The translations under genes and the position numbers were made by a program. The notes below the pieces were generated by a model, which searched no databases, had not been told where the DNA came from, and saw nothing but the letters and a program-made list of their open reading frames with translations. Shown here in pieces: positions 18,729-28,512 of a stretch of DNA of 64,000 nt. Origin of the DNA: Bdellovibrionota bacterium. Its GTDB lineage: Bacteria; Bdellovibrionota_C; UBA2361; JBIKUX01. Where the stretch lies: assembly GCA_044347345.1 (NCBI GenBank), contig JBIKUX010000011.1, positions 26,502 to 90,501 on the forward strand. Reading direction: 5' to 3'. The stretch's first letter is position 1. Each line of letters opens with the position of its first letter.

Positions 18729-20384
18729 TTAGTTGGTATCTGTTATTTCTTTAATTTCTTTGCCAATTAGAGGTAAGTAACTAGCTACTTCATAGACAAA
18801 GCTATCAATGTCTCCAACTGGTAGAAGGATAACTCGGTGAGTATCTCCTTTTGTCAAAGATGATATTTGAGCAGGTAACTCACCAATCCACTGATCAGTT
18901 AAAGTATTAATTCGATCATAATGGTCAGTGCATTGATGATATGCAGTAATATCAGTGCTTTGACTACACATATCGCTCATTCCATCATGGCGAATAATAG
19001 CAATAACAATCCAAAGAGGACGATTGCCGGCAACTTTAAATATTGAAGAAAACGCTCGGTTAATATCACGACGAACAGGTAAGGATATTTGTCCAGAAGA
19101 AAGCTCTAATAATGGCGAGCCTCCTCGGCCATAAGGGTAATCACCGAGAATAATAAGAGCTAAAGCTAGCTCGTCACTGTTCTCTGATATATCACTAAAT
19201 AGAGTAGATTCAGCTTCAGATAAAATGCTAGGAAGTGATGCAACATGATTAGAAGACCGCACCTTGCTCCATAGAGCAGCTCGAGTGGACACAGTTGTCG
19301 TTGTTAAAGATGTCGGTGTTAAAGTTGATTTATCAGGGATAATATCTGGAAATGAGTCATTGTGACCAATAAGTCTCTCGCCGTTTATGCCCCAAGATTG
19401 TGGGGGAAAAACATAAGGAGCTACTTTTACACTTGGAAGGAGAGAACCTGTTAGTGTGGTGCCGTATTCTACCGGCGGAATCTGTTTTTGCATCCAATTT
19501 TGGTAATCAACGCTAAAAGTAGCTTCTCTAGCCGCAGCATAGCAGTAAACGTCACTAATGCCGCTATCTGGTTGCGGAACAACATCAAGCATAGCGGCAG
19601 CATTTGAGATAGGTACAATTTTTCCAGCCTGATCTGGCCCAGCAAATACGGAACTTATAGTACCGGGTAAATTGGCAAGATATTCGTGAATCGAAAAAAC
19701 TCCCTCTTTAACTGCTGAAAAAAGTGGATTAAAGCATTGTTGAGTGAGGGTGTGTTTCAAATGTTGAGATATTGGACAATTTCTTTCAGCACAAATGGAT
19801 TGTGCTGCTCTTAAAAAATAACTAGCGGGAGGCCATGAAGTAGATGGTGCTGGGGAATTTTGTTGTACTCGCTTCCACCTAGCAAAAGGACTATCGTTTT
19901 GCTCAATCTGAAGCTCTCCAAAAAAACTCCCTGAATCAAAATCTGGTCCCATGTATGAGCTGGTGTCGAGAAATGTAAATACCTTACGAGGATGTACTTG
20001 AACTTGCTTTTTAATCGGAATAGCTAAAGCTTTATTGATAAGGCCTAATGAAGGGGCAAAGGTTGCTTTATATACTGTCACTGACAATATGCCACTTATT
20101 GGCGAGTATTTAATTTGTATATTCTCAGGACTAATAAGTTTGCTATCGACAAGAAGCTTGAGAGCGGCTTCTTTTGCAAGTTCTTGAAATGGTAAGAGTC
20201 TCGCCCCATATATGGCTGCCTCGCGTACTAAAGATTCTGTAACTATTGATTCATATCTGATTTTCTCAATACTAAGAACTATGACTCCCCCTACTAATGT
20301 CGTAATTACCAGAAGGGCTATTATGGCTGGAGCAAAAGCTCCGCCAGTGATACTTTGTTTACTCACGATTAATTGTATTCTCAC
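18729..20384 (-). CDS. TadG-like pilus-associated protein with a vWA-like domain
   Basis: Pilin-like TM segment G|AFAPAIIALLV...REAAIYGARLLP; MIDAS-like FLDTSSYM; LIILGD strand; several Cys. Confidence 0.55.
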   Translation of the reverse strand: MRIQLIVSKQSITGGAFAPAIIALLVITTLVGGVIVLSIEKIRYESIVTESLVREAAIYGARLLPFQELAKEAALKLLVDSKLISPENIQIKYSPISGILSVTVYKATFAPSLGLINKALAIPIKKQVQVHPRKVFTFLDTSSYMGPDFDSGSFFGELQIEQNDSPFARWKRVQQNSPAPSTSWPPASYFLRAAQSICAERNCPISQHLKHTLTQQCFNPLFSAVKEGVFSIHEYLANLPGTISSVFAGPDQAGKIVPISNAAAMLDVVPQPDSGISDVYCYAAAREATFSVDYQNWMQKQIPPVEYGTTLTGSLLPSVKVAPYVFPPQSWGINGERLIGHNDSFPDIIPDKSTLTPTSLTTTTVSTRAALWSKVRSSNHVASLPSILSEAESTLFSDISENSDELALALIILGDYPYGRGGSPLLELSSGQISLPVRRDINRAFSSIFKVAGNRPLWIVIAIIRHDGMSDMCSQSTDITAYHQCTDHYDRINTLTDQWIGELPAQISSLTKGDTHRVILLPVGDIDSFVYEVASYLPLIGKEIKEITDTN

Positions 20385-20513
20385 TTTTTTAAACAGATAT
20401 ATTCATAAAAATATAACTCCTGTTTACTAAATAAAGGAGAGTGCATTTTTCTTTTCTCCCTAGGAATAAGAATTGAGTGCCGAGCTGAACAGGTGCAAGG
20501 TTATTTTTTAACT

Positions 20514-21464
20514 ATGTCAAAAGAAAAGATTCAATTCATCTCGTATTTGACCATTAGAGCGATAATATCTTTATTTTTAATTATCCCACATGAAATACGG
20601 CTGCGTTTACTCGGTTTTTCATGCTGGATGTTTCTTAAGTTTAGTAAACAATATAGGACTATATGTTTTTACAATTTAAGACAGGTTTTTCCAGAGAATA
20701 CATTAAGGCAGAATACTCAGCTACTTAGAAAATCATGTAAAAGTATAGGCCGCCTTATAAGTGATTCTCTTCGTCTACCAAAATTATCTGCTTCATGGTG
20801 TGAAAAGAACATAAATTTTTCCAATCGTGCAGATTTACGACTAGTTGAAGAGAAAAAATCTCCTATTTTATTTGTTAGCGGTCATATAGGCAGTTTTGAG
20901 TTATTGGGTCATTACCTCGGTATAATAGGCCATCCAGTAGCTGTTGTGGCTCGAAGCTTTAAAAATCCTTATTTGGATGAGTATTTTCGCAATATACGTA
21001 CAGGGAGTGGTAATACAGTTATCGCAAGAAATGGAGCAGTGCGAAGGCTAGTTTCGGCGCTTAATAGCGGAAGATCCGTGGCACTTCTTGCCGATCAAAA
21101 TGTTACAAGAAAACACGCTGTCTTTGTAGAATGGTTTGGACGCTCGGCTGCAACCTCAGTAGCACCTGCTATAGCTGCATTACGCTCGCCCTGCCTGATT
21201 TATATTATATCAATCGAATATAGACATTCACGCTACGAGATTGTTATGACTCCTTGTCCAGTAGACGATATCACTAAATCACATGAAATAACTGAAGATG
21301 AAAAAATTAAAAGTATAACGGCCAGAGTGAGCAATATTCTCTGTGACCATATTCGTAGTTATCCTGAGGGCTGGTTTTGGATGCATCGTCGTTGGAAAAC
21401 AGTACCAGAGGGACAGCAAGAGGATTTTTATGAGAAAAGTCCTAAAGTAGCGTCACTAAAATAG
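20514..21464 (+). CDS. lpxL: Lipid A late acyltransferase (LpxL/HtrB family)
   Basis: GHIGSFE (HxxxxE), LLADQN, FVEWFG, WFWMHRRWK; ATG at 20514 preferred. Confidence 0.88.
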   Translation: MSKEKIQFISYLTIRAIISLFLIIPHEIRLRLLGFSCWMFLKFSKQYRTICFYNLRQVFPENTLRQNTQLLRKSCKSIGRLISDSLRLPKLSASWCEKNINFSNRADLRLVEEKKSPILFVSGHIGSFELLGHYLGIIGHPVAVVARSFKNPYLDEYFRNIRTGSGNTVIARNGAVRRLVSALNSGRSVALLADQNVTRKHAVFVEWFGRSAATSVAPAIAALRSPCLIYIISIEYRHSRYEIVMTPCPVDDITKSHEITEDEKIKSITARVSNILCDHIRSYPEGWFWMHRRWKTVPEGQQEDFYEKSPKVASLK

Positions 21465-21474
21465 TCTTTGCTAC

Positions 21475-23097
21475 ATGAGAAAGCCAATTTTTTTTAATTT
21501 AAAACAAAAGCTATTGGACTGGAGCCCAATTTTAATTTTATCTACCGTTTTATTATTACATGCTCCACTATATTCAAGTTTTTGGTTGGATGAAGCTATC
21601 ACAGCATGGTTGATTTTCTTACCTGAGAATGGGCTAGTTTTAGAATCATTAAGGTGGCAAGCTCAATCTCCATTATATTTTTATATACTCAGTAAGTGGG
21701 TAAGGCTCTTTGGAAATTCACCAAATGAGCTTGGACAGGAATACGAGTATGTTCTGCGTTTATTCTCGCTAGTCTGCTTTATCTTATCCCTATTGGTTGC
21801 AACTCTTCTAGTAAAGAGATTAGTAAATCATTTCAGCTCGAGCTTGAAAAAAAAATATAATAATCGGTTAGGTATTTTAACCTGCGTTATTTTAATCTCA
21901 TCTGAGGATTTACTAAGAGCAGCTTTTTCAGCTCGGCCATACAGCATAGCTTTTTTGTGTTCGCTTTTATCGACGTTATTTTTTTTAAAACTCATAAGCA
22001 ATCCAAGGAAAGTAATTTTTTGTGCTTATGTAATTTCATTGCTTTTGACCTACTATTTTCATTATTTATTTATTGGAGTAGCAATTGTTCATTTAGTAAT
22101 TTTAATTTTGTGTTTGCGGTCAAATGATATTTGTTATCAAAATAGGGGTACAATAGTATCGTATGTTACTTCTAGCTGGAGTATCACTATTGTAGGTATG
22201 ATCCCCGGACTTGCTCACCAGCTTCAATGGTCAGTAATAGTTGATAAGGCTCTTGATTCAATTTATCTAAAGTCTATTGGTTATCGATTGTTAAATTTGA
22301 CCATAAGCCGTCAATTTTTTGTTTATATTCCTGTGACCTTAATACTTGTTGGTCTAATTCACATAAACAATTGGATGCCAAAGAAGTGGTGGTTAGAATT
22401 AAAGAGTTTTGTTAAGCGAGATATATCTATTATAGCTATAATGTTTTTACTTGCGCCATTACTCCTGCTTTTAGGAGCTTCGCTTTTATTAGGTCATAGT
22501 TTACTTATCTCACGATATGCTCTTTGGGGCACTATTGGAGTAGCAATTTTCATGGTGTCGCTTATTCTGCCATTTTCCTATACATCTGCGCTTACAACTG
22601 CTATTTGGGTATGGAGTGGGTTTGCTTCTACTTTTGAGATGCAGCGCAAATGGCATATCGAAGATTGGCGAGATGCGGCGTCGTATGTAAAAGAATATGT
22701 TAGTAAAAATAATTTGAATCATCGCCAGGTATCAGTCTTTATTAATAGCGGACTCAGAGAGAGTAATTCAGTCTCTTATTTATCGGATAAGAATGCTTGG
22801 CCGTATCTATCAGTACCTTTTACAGTTTATCTACCTCAGGTAAATCTTATTCCAATTCCGACTAAATTAGTTGATGCAGATTCATCTAATAATGATGAAT
22901 TATTGGTTAAATCGTTATTGCCTCAACCACACGCACCTAGTGAAGCACACCATGTGTTTATCGCTTTTCCAAAGTCTTTTTCTCAATTAATTTATCAAAA
23001 AATTGATGTTATCAACAAACAAAAAGATATTGGCTCCTTTAAGATATGTGATAAGGCAAGTTTCGGATTGGTCAATTTATTGAGAGTGTGTACGTAG
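21475..23097 (+). CDS. GT-C fold membrane glycosyltransferase (ArnT/PMT-like)
   Basis: SFWLDEA first-loop motif, PLYFYIL, ARPYS, YFHY, EDWRDAA; more than 10 TM helices. Confidence 0.75.
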   Translation: MRKPIFFNLKQKLLDWSPILILSTVLLLHAPLYSSFWLDEAITAWLIFLPENGLVLESLRWQAQSPLYFYILSKWVRLFGNSPNELGQEYEYVLRLFSLVCFILSLLVATLLVKRLVNHFSSSLKKKYNNRLGILTCVILISSEDLLRAAFSARPYSIAFLCSLLSTLFFLKLISNPRKVIFCAYVISLLLTYYFHYLFIGVAIVHLVILILCLRSNDICYQNRGTIVSYVTSSWSITIVGMIPGLAHQLQWSVIVDKALDSIYLKSIGYRLLNLTISRQFFVYIPVTLILVGLIHINNWMPKKWWLELKSFVKRDISIIAIMFLLAPLLLLLGASLLLGHSLLISRYALWGTIGVAIFMVSLILPFSYTSALTTAIWVWSGFASTFEMQRKWHIEDWRDAASYVKEYVSKNNLNHRQVSVFINSGLRESNSVSYLSDKNAWPYLSVPFTVYLPQVNLIPIPTKLVDADSSNNDELLVKSLLPQPHAPSEAHHVFIAFPKSFSQLIYQKIDVINKQKDIGSFKICDKASFGLVNLLRVCT

Positions 23098-23101
23098 CTC
23101 T

Positions 23102-25288
23102 ATGAAAACTATCTTACGCATCGAAGGAATGACTTGTGGGCACTGCGTTTCAACCGTTGAGCAAATAATCAGAAAGGCTGGAATCAGTGATCCCATTGTT
23201 CTTTTAACAGAAGGAAGAGCGTATCTTCCCTTATGTGATGAAGCTCTCTTAGGTTCGATTGTTTTGTCTTTGACAAATTCTGGCTATCCAGCATTTTATG
23301 AAAATCCTCAAAAAAACTCTCCTGCTATTGCATCCAGTGATAGAAATGATGATAAGAAGAACAAACCTTCTAAGCAAAAAAGTGATTATTTTAGAGGAAT
23401 GTCCCTATCACTTGTTATTTGTTTAGCTCTTACAATTCCTCAAATAATCGGTCATTTTATTCATTCTCTTTGGGGAGTTCACTTTAAAGTAATTTTACAT
23501 CCATTGTTTCAATTAGTTTGTGCTACATATATTTTAGCATTAGGAATTTATCATCTCGGAGAAAAAGCAAGAAAATTACTTCGCCAACTTTCGGTTTCCA
23601 TGGAGTCAGCGGTTTTATTGGGAGCGACACTTGCATACTTGTTTAGCTTATATAGCTTGTTTTTTTTAGGCGAAACATCTTATCTCTACTTTGAAACTAC
23701 CTCTTCAATCATAACGTTTGTATTACTTGGCGCTTACTTAGAGCAACGAGCCATTACTAGAACCCAATATCTTGTATCTTCTACTCTTACTGAATTACCT
23801 GAGACAGTTTTAATTGAACGAGAGGATAAAACTACTGAGTTGGTAGCCGTTAATACAGTACAGTTAGGCGAGATAATGGTGATATCTGAGGGAGAAGTCG
23901 TACCATGTGATGGTATTATTTCATGGGGCACTTCCTTAGTTGATGAATCTATTGTTACAGGCGAATCTAAGCCAGTATTACGACAAACCGGAGATACCAT
24001 TCTTGCCGGTAGTCGCATTTCTTCCGGTAGTTTAAAGAGTACTATCTCTGCAGGTGGGGATACAACATTTATTGCTTCAGTGTATGACTTGGTTAGATCT
24101 GCTCAAACTAAGAAGCCTAAGTTGCAGAGAGTCGGGGATTCCGTAGCCAGTTATTTTATGCCTTTAGTGCTTTTTATAGCTTTAGTAACTTTTGTTGGTA
24201 TCTATTTAGCTGGGTTTGGATTTGAGTCAGCGCTAATTAGGACTATCTCTATCTTAGTTATCGCGTGTCCATGTGCTGTAGGCCTAGCTGCGCCTACAGC
24301 GATTATGGTTGCTGTAGGCGCAGCTGTGCGAGATGGGATTATATTTAAGGGGGGCGATACTATCGAAAAACTTGCTAATGCACATGATGTACTTTTCGAT
24401 AAAACTGGAACATTGACAACTGGGTGTTTCTCTTCGGTAGTTGTTAGCACTAACGGATCCATATCAGAAGATTCTTTGCTTTGCATGGTAGCTGGGGCAG
24501 AAAAGTTCTCCAAACATCCGATAGCTCGCTCTCTGGTGAAAGTAGTTTCAGTTCCTAATGATTCATGGATTAAATCTATAGTAGAGGAAAAGGGATTAGG
24601 GTTAGTTATTAATGGTGTGGATGGAGATATTTATCGTATTGGATCGTATCAACTGGTTAAACCCATTACTCAGGATCAATCTCACTTGTTATATATAGCA
24701 AAAGGTCAGGATTTACTCGGTACTATTGATATGGTTGATGCCGTCCGCCCAGAAAGTCGAGAAGTGATAAGTGAGCTTAAACATCTTGGAATTAACCCAT
24801 ATATGGTTACTGGCGACAGTGCAGAGCGTGCTAATAAAATAGCAAAAGAGATCGGTATTGATAATGTATTCGCTTCATTTAGGCCTGAAGAAAAGTTGAC
24901 ATTTGTGAAAGAAAGACAGCAGAAGGGTGGAGTAATTTTTGTTGGGGATGGAATAAATGATTCACCAGCGCTAGCAGCTGCAGACATTGGGGTATCTTTC
25001 GGTGAAGCAAATCGTTTGGCGATTGATACAGCTACAGTTATCTTGTTGCCAAACCATCTAAGCCTTCTGCCAAAAGCGATTGAGTTGTGTAGGCGTACAG
25101 TACGAACAATTAAACAGAACTATTTTTGGGCAATAGGCTATAATATTGTCGCGATTCCATTGGCTATTGCGGGAGTGTTATCTCCAACAGTGGCGGCTTT
25201 AATTATGGCATTTTCGGATGTGTTAGTTGTTGGTAATTCTCTTAGACTTTGGAGAAGTGAATCTGTGTCAAAAACAAATTTAGCCTAA
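23102..25288 (+). CDS. copA: Heavy-metal (Cu+) P1B-type ATPase
   Basis: GMTCGHC HMA domain, TGES, CPC, DKTGTLT, HP, GDGINDSPAL, YN and MxxS TM ligands. Confidence 0.9.
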   Translation: MKTILRIEGMTCGHCVSTVEQIIRKAGISDPIVLLTEGRAYLPLCDEALLGSIVLSLTNSGYPAFYENPQKNSPAIASSDRNDDKKNKPSKQKSDYFRGMSLSLVICLALTIPQIIGHFIHSLWGVHFKVILHPLFQLVCATYILALGIYHLGEKARKLLRQLSVSMESAVLLGATLAYLFSLYSLFFLGETSYLYFETTSSIITFVLLGAYLEQRAITRTQYLVSSTLTELPETVLIEREDKTTELVAVNTVQLGEIMVISEGEVVPCDGIISWGTSLVDESIVTGESKPVLRQTGDTILAGSRISSGSLKSTISAGGDTTFIASVYDLVRSAQTKKPKLQRVGDSVASYFMPLVLFIALVTFVGIYLAGFGFESALIRTISILVIACPCAVGLAAPTAIMVAVGAAVRDGIIFKGGDTIEKLANAHDVLFDKTGTLTTGCFSSVVVSTNGSISEDSLLCMVAGAEKFSKHPIARSLVKVVSVPNDSWIKSIVEEKGLGLVINGVDGDIYRIGSYQLVKPITQDQSHLLYIAKGQDLLGTIDMVDAVRPESREVISELKHLGINPYMVTGDSAERANKIAKEIGIDNVFASFRPEEKLTFVKERQQKGGVIFVGDGINDSPALAAADIGVSFGEANRLAIDTATVILLPNHLSLLPKAIELCRRTVRTIKQNYFWAIGYNIVAIPLAIAGVLSPTVAALIMAFSDVLVVGNSLRLWRSESVSKTNLA

Positions 25289-25308
25289 AGGCTTTAGGCT
25301 AAATTTGT
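25274..25308. terminator. 35-bp palindrome, probable bidirectional terminator
   Basis: ACAAATTTAGCCTAAAG-G-CTTTAGGCTAAATTTGT: perfect 17-bp arms over the copA stop, between convergent genes. Confidence 0.6.
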
Positions 25309-25329
25309 AAGTCAGCAGACAACGTTTTT

Positions 25330-25644
25330 CTAGGCACTTCTAACGATTCTGAGAACTGCTAATAGGATGAGAGAGCCTAAAAGGCCAGCAAAAAGTTGGT
25401 ATATCTCAGGTTGATTCTTGAAGGGGATATTAAGACCCGCGCTGCTTAATTGGGTCAGTAAGAATAAGCCCATGATAGCTCCTACAATACCAAGCAAGCT
25501 TGTTCCAAATACTCCAAGTGGGTCTTTGCCCGGAAATAATATTCTAGCTACTAAACCTACAGCAAAGCCTGTTGCTATGGTAATACCTAAAGAGTAGTAG
25601 TCTTGCTTGAGCAAAAGTTGAAGGTAGTATTGAAAATAATCCAT
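25330..25644 (-). CDS. GlsB/YeaQ/YmgE (transglycosylase-associated) membrane protein
   Basis: GFAVGLVARILFPGKDPLG...LLGIVGAIMG...GSLILL. Confidence 0.85.
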   Translation of the reverse strand: MDYFQYYLQLLLKQDYYSLGITIATGFAVGLVARILFPGKDPLGVFGTSLLGIVGAIMGLFLLTQLSSAGLNIPFKNQPEIYQLFAGLLGSLILLAVLRIVRSA

Positions 25645-25754
25645 AACTATTGTTTGTAAACTTTGGTCGATTAACTATGTAAAAATTGATTATACCTTAT
25701 GTATATTTTACCTTTAGTGACAATTAGAATTTTGTTTAGCATATAAGGTATCTG

Positions 25755-26741
25755 ATGAGTAGCCATAGAGATTATGGAATAAGTGTAATTCAAGACATAG
25801 CCGCTTCACTTAAAGAGGTAGCAACTCGTATTCCTGAATCTTTTGACCAGATTGTTAACATTATTATTAATCGTCCTAAACACTCTCGAATCCTATTTTG
25901 TGGCGTCGGAAAGGCTGGCTTTGTTGGGATGAAATTAGCGGCAACGTTTTCGAGTGTTGGACTCTCCTCGTTTTTCTTGCATCCCTCAGAAGTTTCTCAT
26001 GGAGACTTAGGATGTGTACAAAATGAAGACATTATAATTATTTTATCTAATTCAGGAGAAACTGAAGAGGTAGTACGTTTAGTTCAGCCTTTTCGTGAAT
26101 TAGGTGCATTAACGATAGCAATCACCGCAAATACCGATTCAACCCTTGCTGGTTTCACCGATTACGTTATTTCATACGGCAGTGTAAAAGAAGCTGGACA
26201 TAACAACCTTGCTCCAACTTCAAGCGTTACGGTGATGATTGCTATTGGTGATGCAATAGCAATGTCGGCCGCTCGTGCACTTAAATTTTCTCAATTTGAC
26301 TTCGGAAAATATCATCCTGGTGGTAGTTTGGGGCGGGCATTATTGCCTATTCGTAAAGTGATGCGCACAGGTGAATATCTCTGTATTGTTTCATGTGAGG
26401 TACTAACTAGAGACGTAATTAAAACTTATGCTGAAACCCCTGGTCGACCTGGCGCTGCTATTATAGTTGATAATAGCGGTACAGTAATGGGAATATTTAC
26501 AGATGGAAATTTACGCAGACTTATTTGTAGTGATGAGAATAGAGATTTTCTAAATAGATCGATTAGCTCTTTTATGTCTAAAAGTCCTAAAACTATAAAT
26601 GTTAATTTATTGATTAGAGATGCTCTCGATATTCTTAGTATGTATCAAATCGACCAACTTATAGTGGCTGATGACTATAACCGCCCTGTAGGTCTTATAG
26701 ATATTCAAGATGTAGCTCGAGTTTATCGCGGAATAGAATAA
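25755..26741 (+). CDS. kdsD: Arabinose-5-phosphate isomerase (SIS plus 2 CBS domains)
   Basis: GVGKAG, HPSEVSHGDLG, SNSGETEE, LAPTSS, HPGGSLG, GIFTDG. Confidence 0.92.
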   Translation: MSSHRDYGISVIQDIAASLKEVATRIPESFDQIVNIIINRPKHSRILFCGVGKAGFVGMKLAATFSSVGLSSFFLHPSEVSHGDLGCVQNEDIIIILSNSGETEEVVRLVQPFRELGALTIAITANTDSTLAGFTDYVISYGSVKEAGHNNLAPTSSVTVMIAIGDAIAMSAARALKFSQFDFGKYHPGGSLGRALLPIRKVMRTGEYLCIVSCEVLTRDVIKTYAETPGRPGAAIIVDNSGTVMGIFTDGNLRRLICSDENRDFLNRSISSFMSKSPKTINVNLLIRDALDILSMYQIDQLIVADDYNRPVGLIDIQDVARVYRGIE

Positions 26742-26896
26742 TTATTCTATGACTAATTAGTCGATCAAAAAAACAATTAAACACTTGAAATAATCTCATA
26801 TATTTTCTCGAGTAGGCGGGTACTCTACACGAGCAGGGTAGTTTTTTGTGCAATCTTTAAAGTTAATCAAAAATAATAAAAATTTGGCTTAGATTG

Positions 26897-26923
26897 TTAA
26901 GTGTTTTTTCTATCTGACGACTC
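26897..26923 (+). promoter_or_regulatory. Putative sigma28 (FliA) promoter of the flagellin gene
   Basis: TTAA-N15-GACGACTC compared with the consensus TAAA-N15-GCCGATAA, upstream of flagellin. Confidence 0.4.
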
Positions 26924-26996
26924 TACTTACACTAGGATAATTTTGCCTCCAATTGTGAGTAGTTTTCTTAGTTGGTAACAATAAGTTGTACGTTCC

Positions 26997-27065
26997 ACGG
27001 ATCGGCGCGTAGTAAGGTGAACTCACCATGGAGAAGTAAGGAAACTTCTTTGGTAGTTTTGGGAG
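26997..27065 (+). promoter_or_regulatory. Putative CsrA-binding 5' leader
   Basis: ACGGA, ATGGA, AAGGA (in the loop of an AGAAGT/ACTTCT stem) and a GGGAG SD. Confidence 0.5.
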
Positions 27066-27071
27066 TTTGTC

Positions 27072-27872
27072 ATGGCTGACAGTAGTGATTCAATAAAGCG
27101 TTCGTTAAATTTAAATACTTTGGAGTTAGTAAGGGTAAGTAGTAAGCTTGCTTCGGGCAAAAGGATTAATATGGCTTCTGATGATGCAGCAGGATTAGCA
27201 GTAGCAGAATCTCTGGCGGCAGAAGTCAAGATTTCTGCTAAGGCTAGCAGAAATATCGGAGATGCTCAGTCAGCTATTGCTATTGCTGATGGTGCTATGG
27301 GTCAACTATCAGATATTGGTAGTCGGTTAGCATCGCTTGCTACTCAATCAGCTAATGGAACTTTGAGTGACGAACAACGGAAGGCACTACAAGATGAGTT
27401 TGGTCAGTTAACTCAGGAGGCCTCTCGCATTGTTAGCACCACGTCTTTTAATGGTAAGCAACTGCTTAATAATGATGATGTAACTATTCAGGCAGGTACT
27501 GACGGTAGCTCTGCTAGCCAACTAGTGCTGAGTGGAGTAAGAGGAACTGATTTAGCCAACTCTCTTTCCTCATTAAATATTAGCTCACAAGCTCAAGCAG
27601 CCAGTGCAATAGAGGGAATAAATTCCTTTATTTCAAATGTAGCTTCTCAGCGAGGCAGTTTAGGGTCTGTATCAAGTCGCTTATCTACCGCTGACAATAA
27701 TCTTTCCGTAAAGTCTGAAGCTCAGTCAGCAGCTAAATCTCGTATTGAAGATCTCGATGTCGCTGAAGGAGTAGCTATCCAAATAGCGGCTCAAGTAAGA
27801 CAAAAAAGTAGCTCTGCTCTTCTTGCTCAAGCAAATCAAAGTAAAGATACAGTGTTAAAGTTGCTAAGTTAA
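27072..27872 (+). CDS. fliC: Flagellin, short (D0/D1 only)
   Basis: KLASGKRINMASDDAAGLAV, QSANGT, FNGKQLL, IQAGT, RGSLG, SRIEDLD, LLAQANQ. Confidence 0.9.
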   Translation: MADSSDSIKRSLNLNTLELVRVSSKLASGKRINMASDDAAGLAVAESLAAEVKISAKASRNIGDAQSAIAIADGAMGQLSDIGSRLASLATQSANGTLSDEQRKALQDEFGQLTQEASRIVSTTSFNGKQLLNNDDVTIQAGTDGSSASQLVLSGVRGTDLANSLSSLNISSQAQAASAIEGINSFISNVASQRGSLGSVSSRLSTADNNLSVKSEAQSAAKSRIEDLDVAEGVAIQIAAQVRQKSSSALLAQANQSKDTVLKLLS

Positions 27873-27896
27873 AAGTTAGATTTCAACCGCGTCCGG

Positions 27897-27936
27897 GCCC
27901 GACCCTCAAGCCGCATAGGGGGTCGGGCTTTTTTTT
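27897..27936 (+). terminator. Intrinsic terminator after flagellin
   Basis: GCCCGACCC...GGGTCGGGC stem followed by T8. Confidence 0.85.
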
Positions 27937-27987
27937 GTTTTGTGACAAGTAATAAGAAATTATGAAATGAACAGCACCATATTTTTA

Positions 27988-28368
27988 CTAGGGGACGGTG
28001 CTTCTCATAATAGCTTTGATCCAAAGAGCCCATGCTAAAATAAGTAAAGTACCACCTATAGGAGTAATTGCTCCAAACCATTTAATATTGGTAATAGCGA
28101 GAATATACAGAGAGCCGGAGAAAATTACTATACCTGCTAACATTGTCAGCATTATTAACTTTGCATTTGTAGCACTCATTATTGATTGGTTAACGAGTAG
28201 TGGTAGTACTAAAAGAGCCAATCCATGAAATAGCTGATAGATAGTAGCTTTTTCATATATAGATACTCCGTAAGATGAGAGGATGTTTTTAAGCGCATGT
28301 GCACCAAAAGCTCCAAATATTACTACAAATATAAGTACAATTGGCCCAGCTAGTAAGAGTGCTTTCAT
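27988..28368 (-). CDS. DUF423 / YgdD family membrane protein
   Basis: GAFGAHAL, YQLFHGLAL, FSGSLY, GAITPIGG; start at 28368 preferred. Confidence 0.9.
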   Translation of the reverse strand: MKALLLAGPIVLIFVVIFGAFGAHALKNILSSYGVSIYEKATIYQLFHGLALLVLPLLVNQSIMSATNAKLIMLTMLAGIVIFSGSLYILAITNIKWFGAITPIGGTLLILAWALWIKAIMRSTVP

Positions 28369-28512
28369 TGAGTCCCTTTTTATTTTTGCAAAAATTCGCA
28401 ACAAAATAATCATTAAAACGATTGCCTAATTTTTTACTTCATAGTGAATCATTTCCTGATGTAAGCAATGGCTGACAATGGTTGATGGGATATTTTGATT
28501 TTTTTGCGCCTG

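Noticed and set aside
27885..27930. Resemblance of AACCGCGTCCGG to SRP RNA
   Set aside because: The conserved GGAAGGAAGCAGC loop is absent; the hairpin plus T8 fits an intrinsic terminator.
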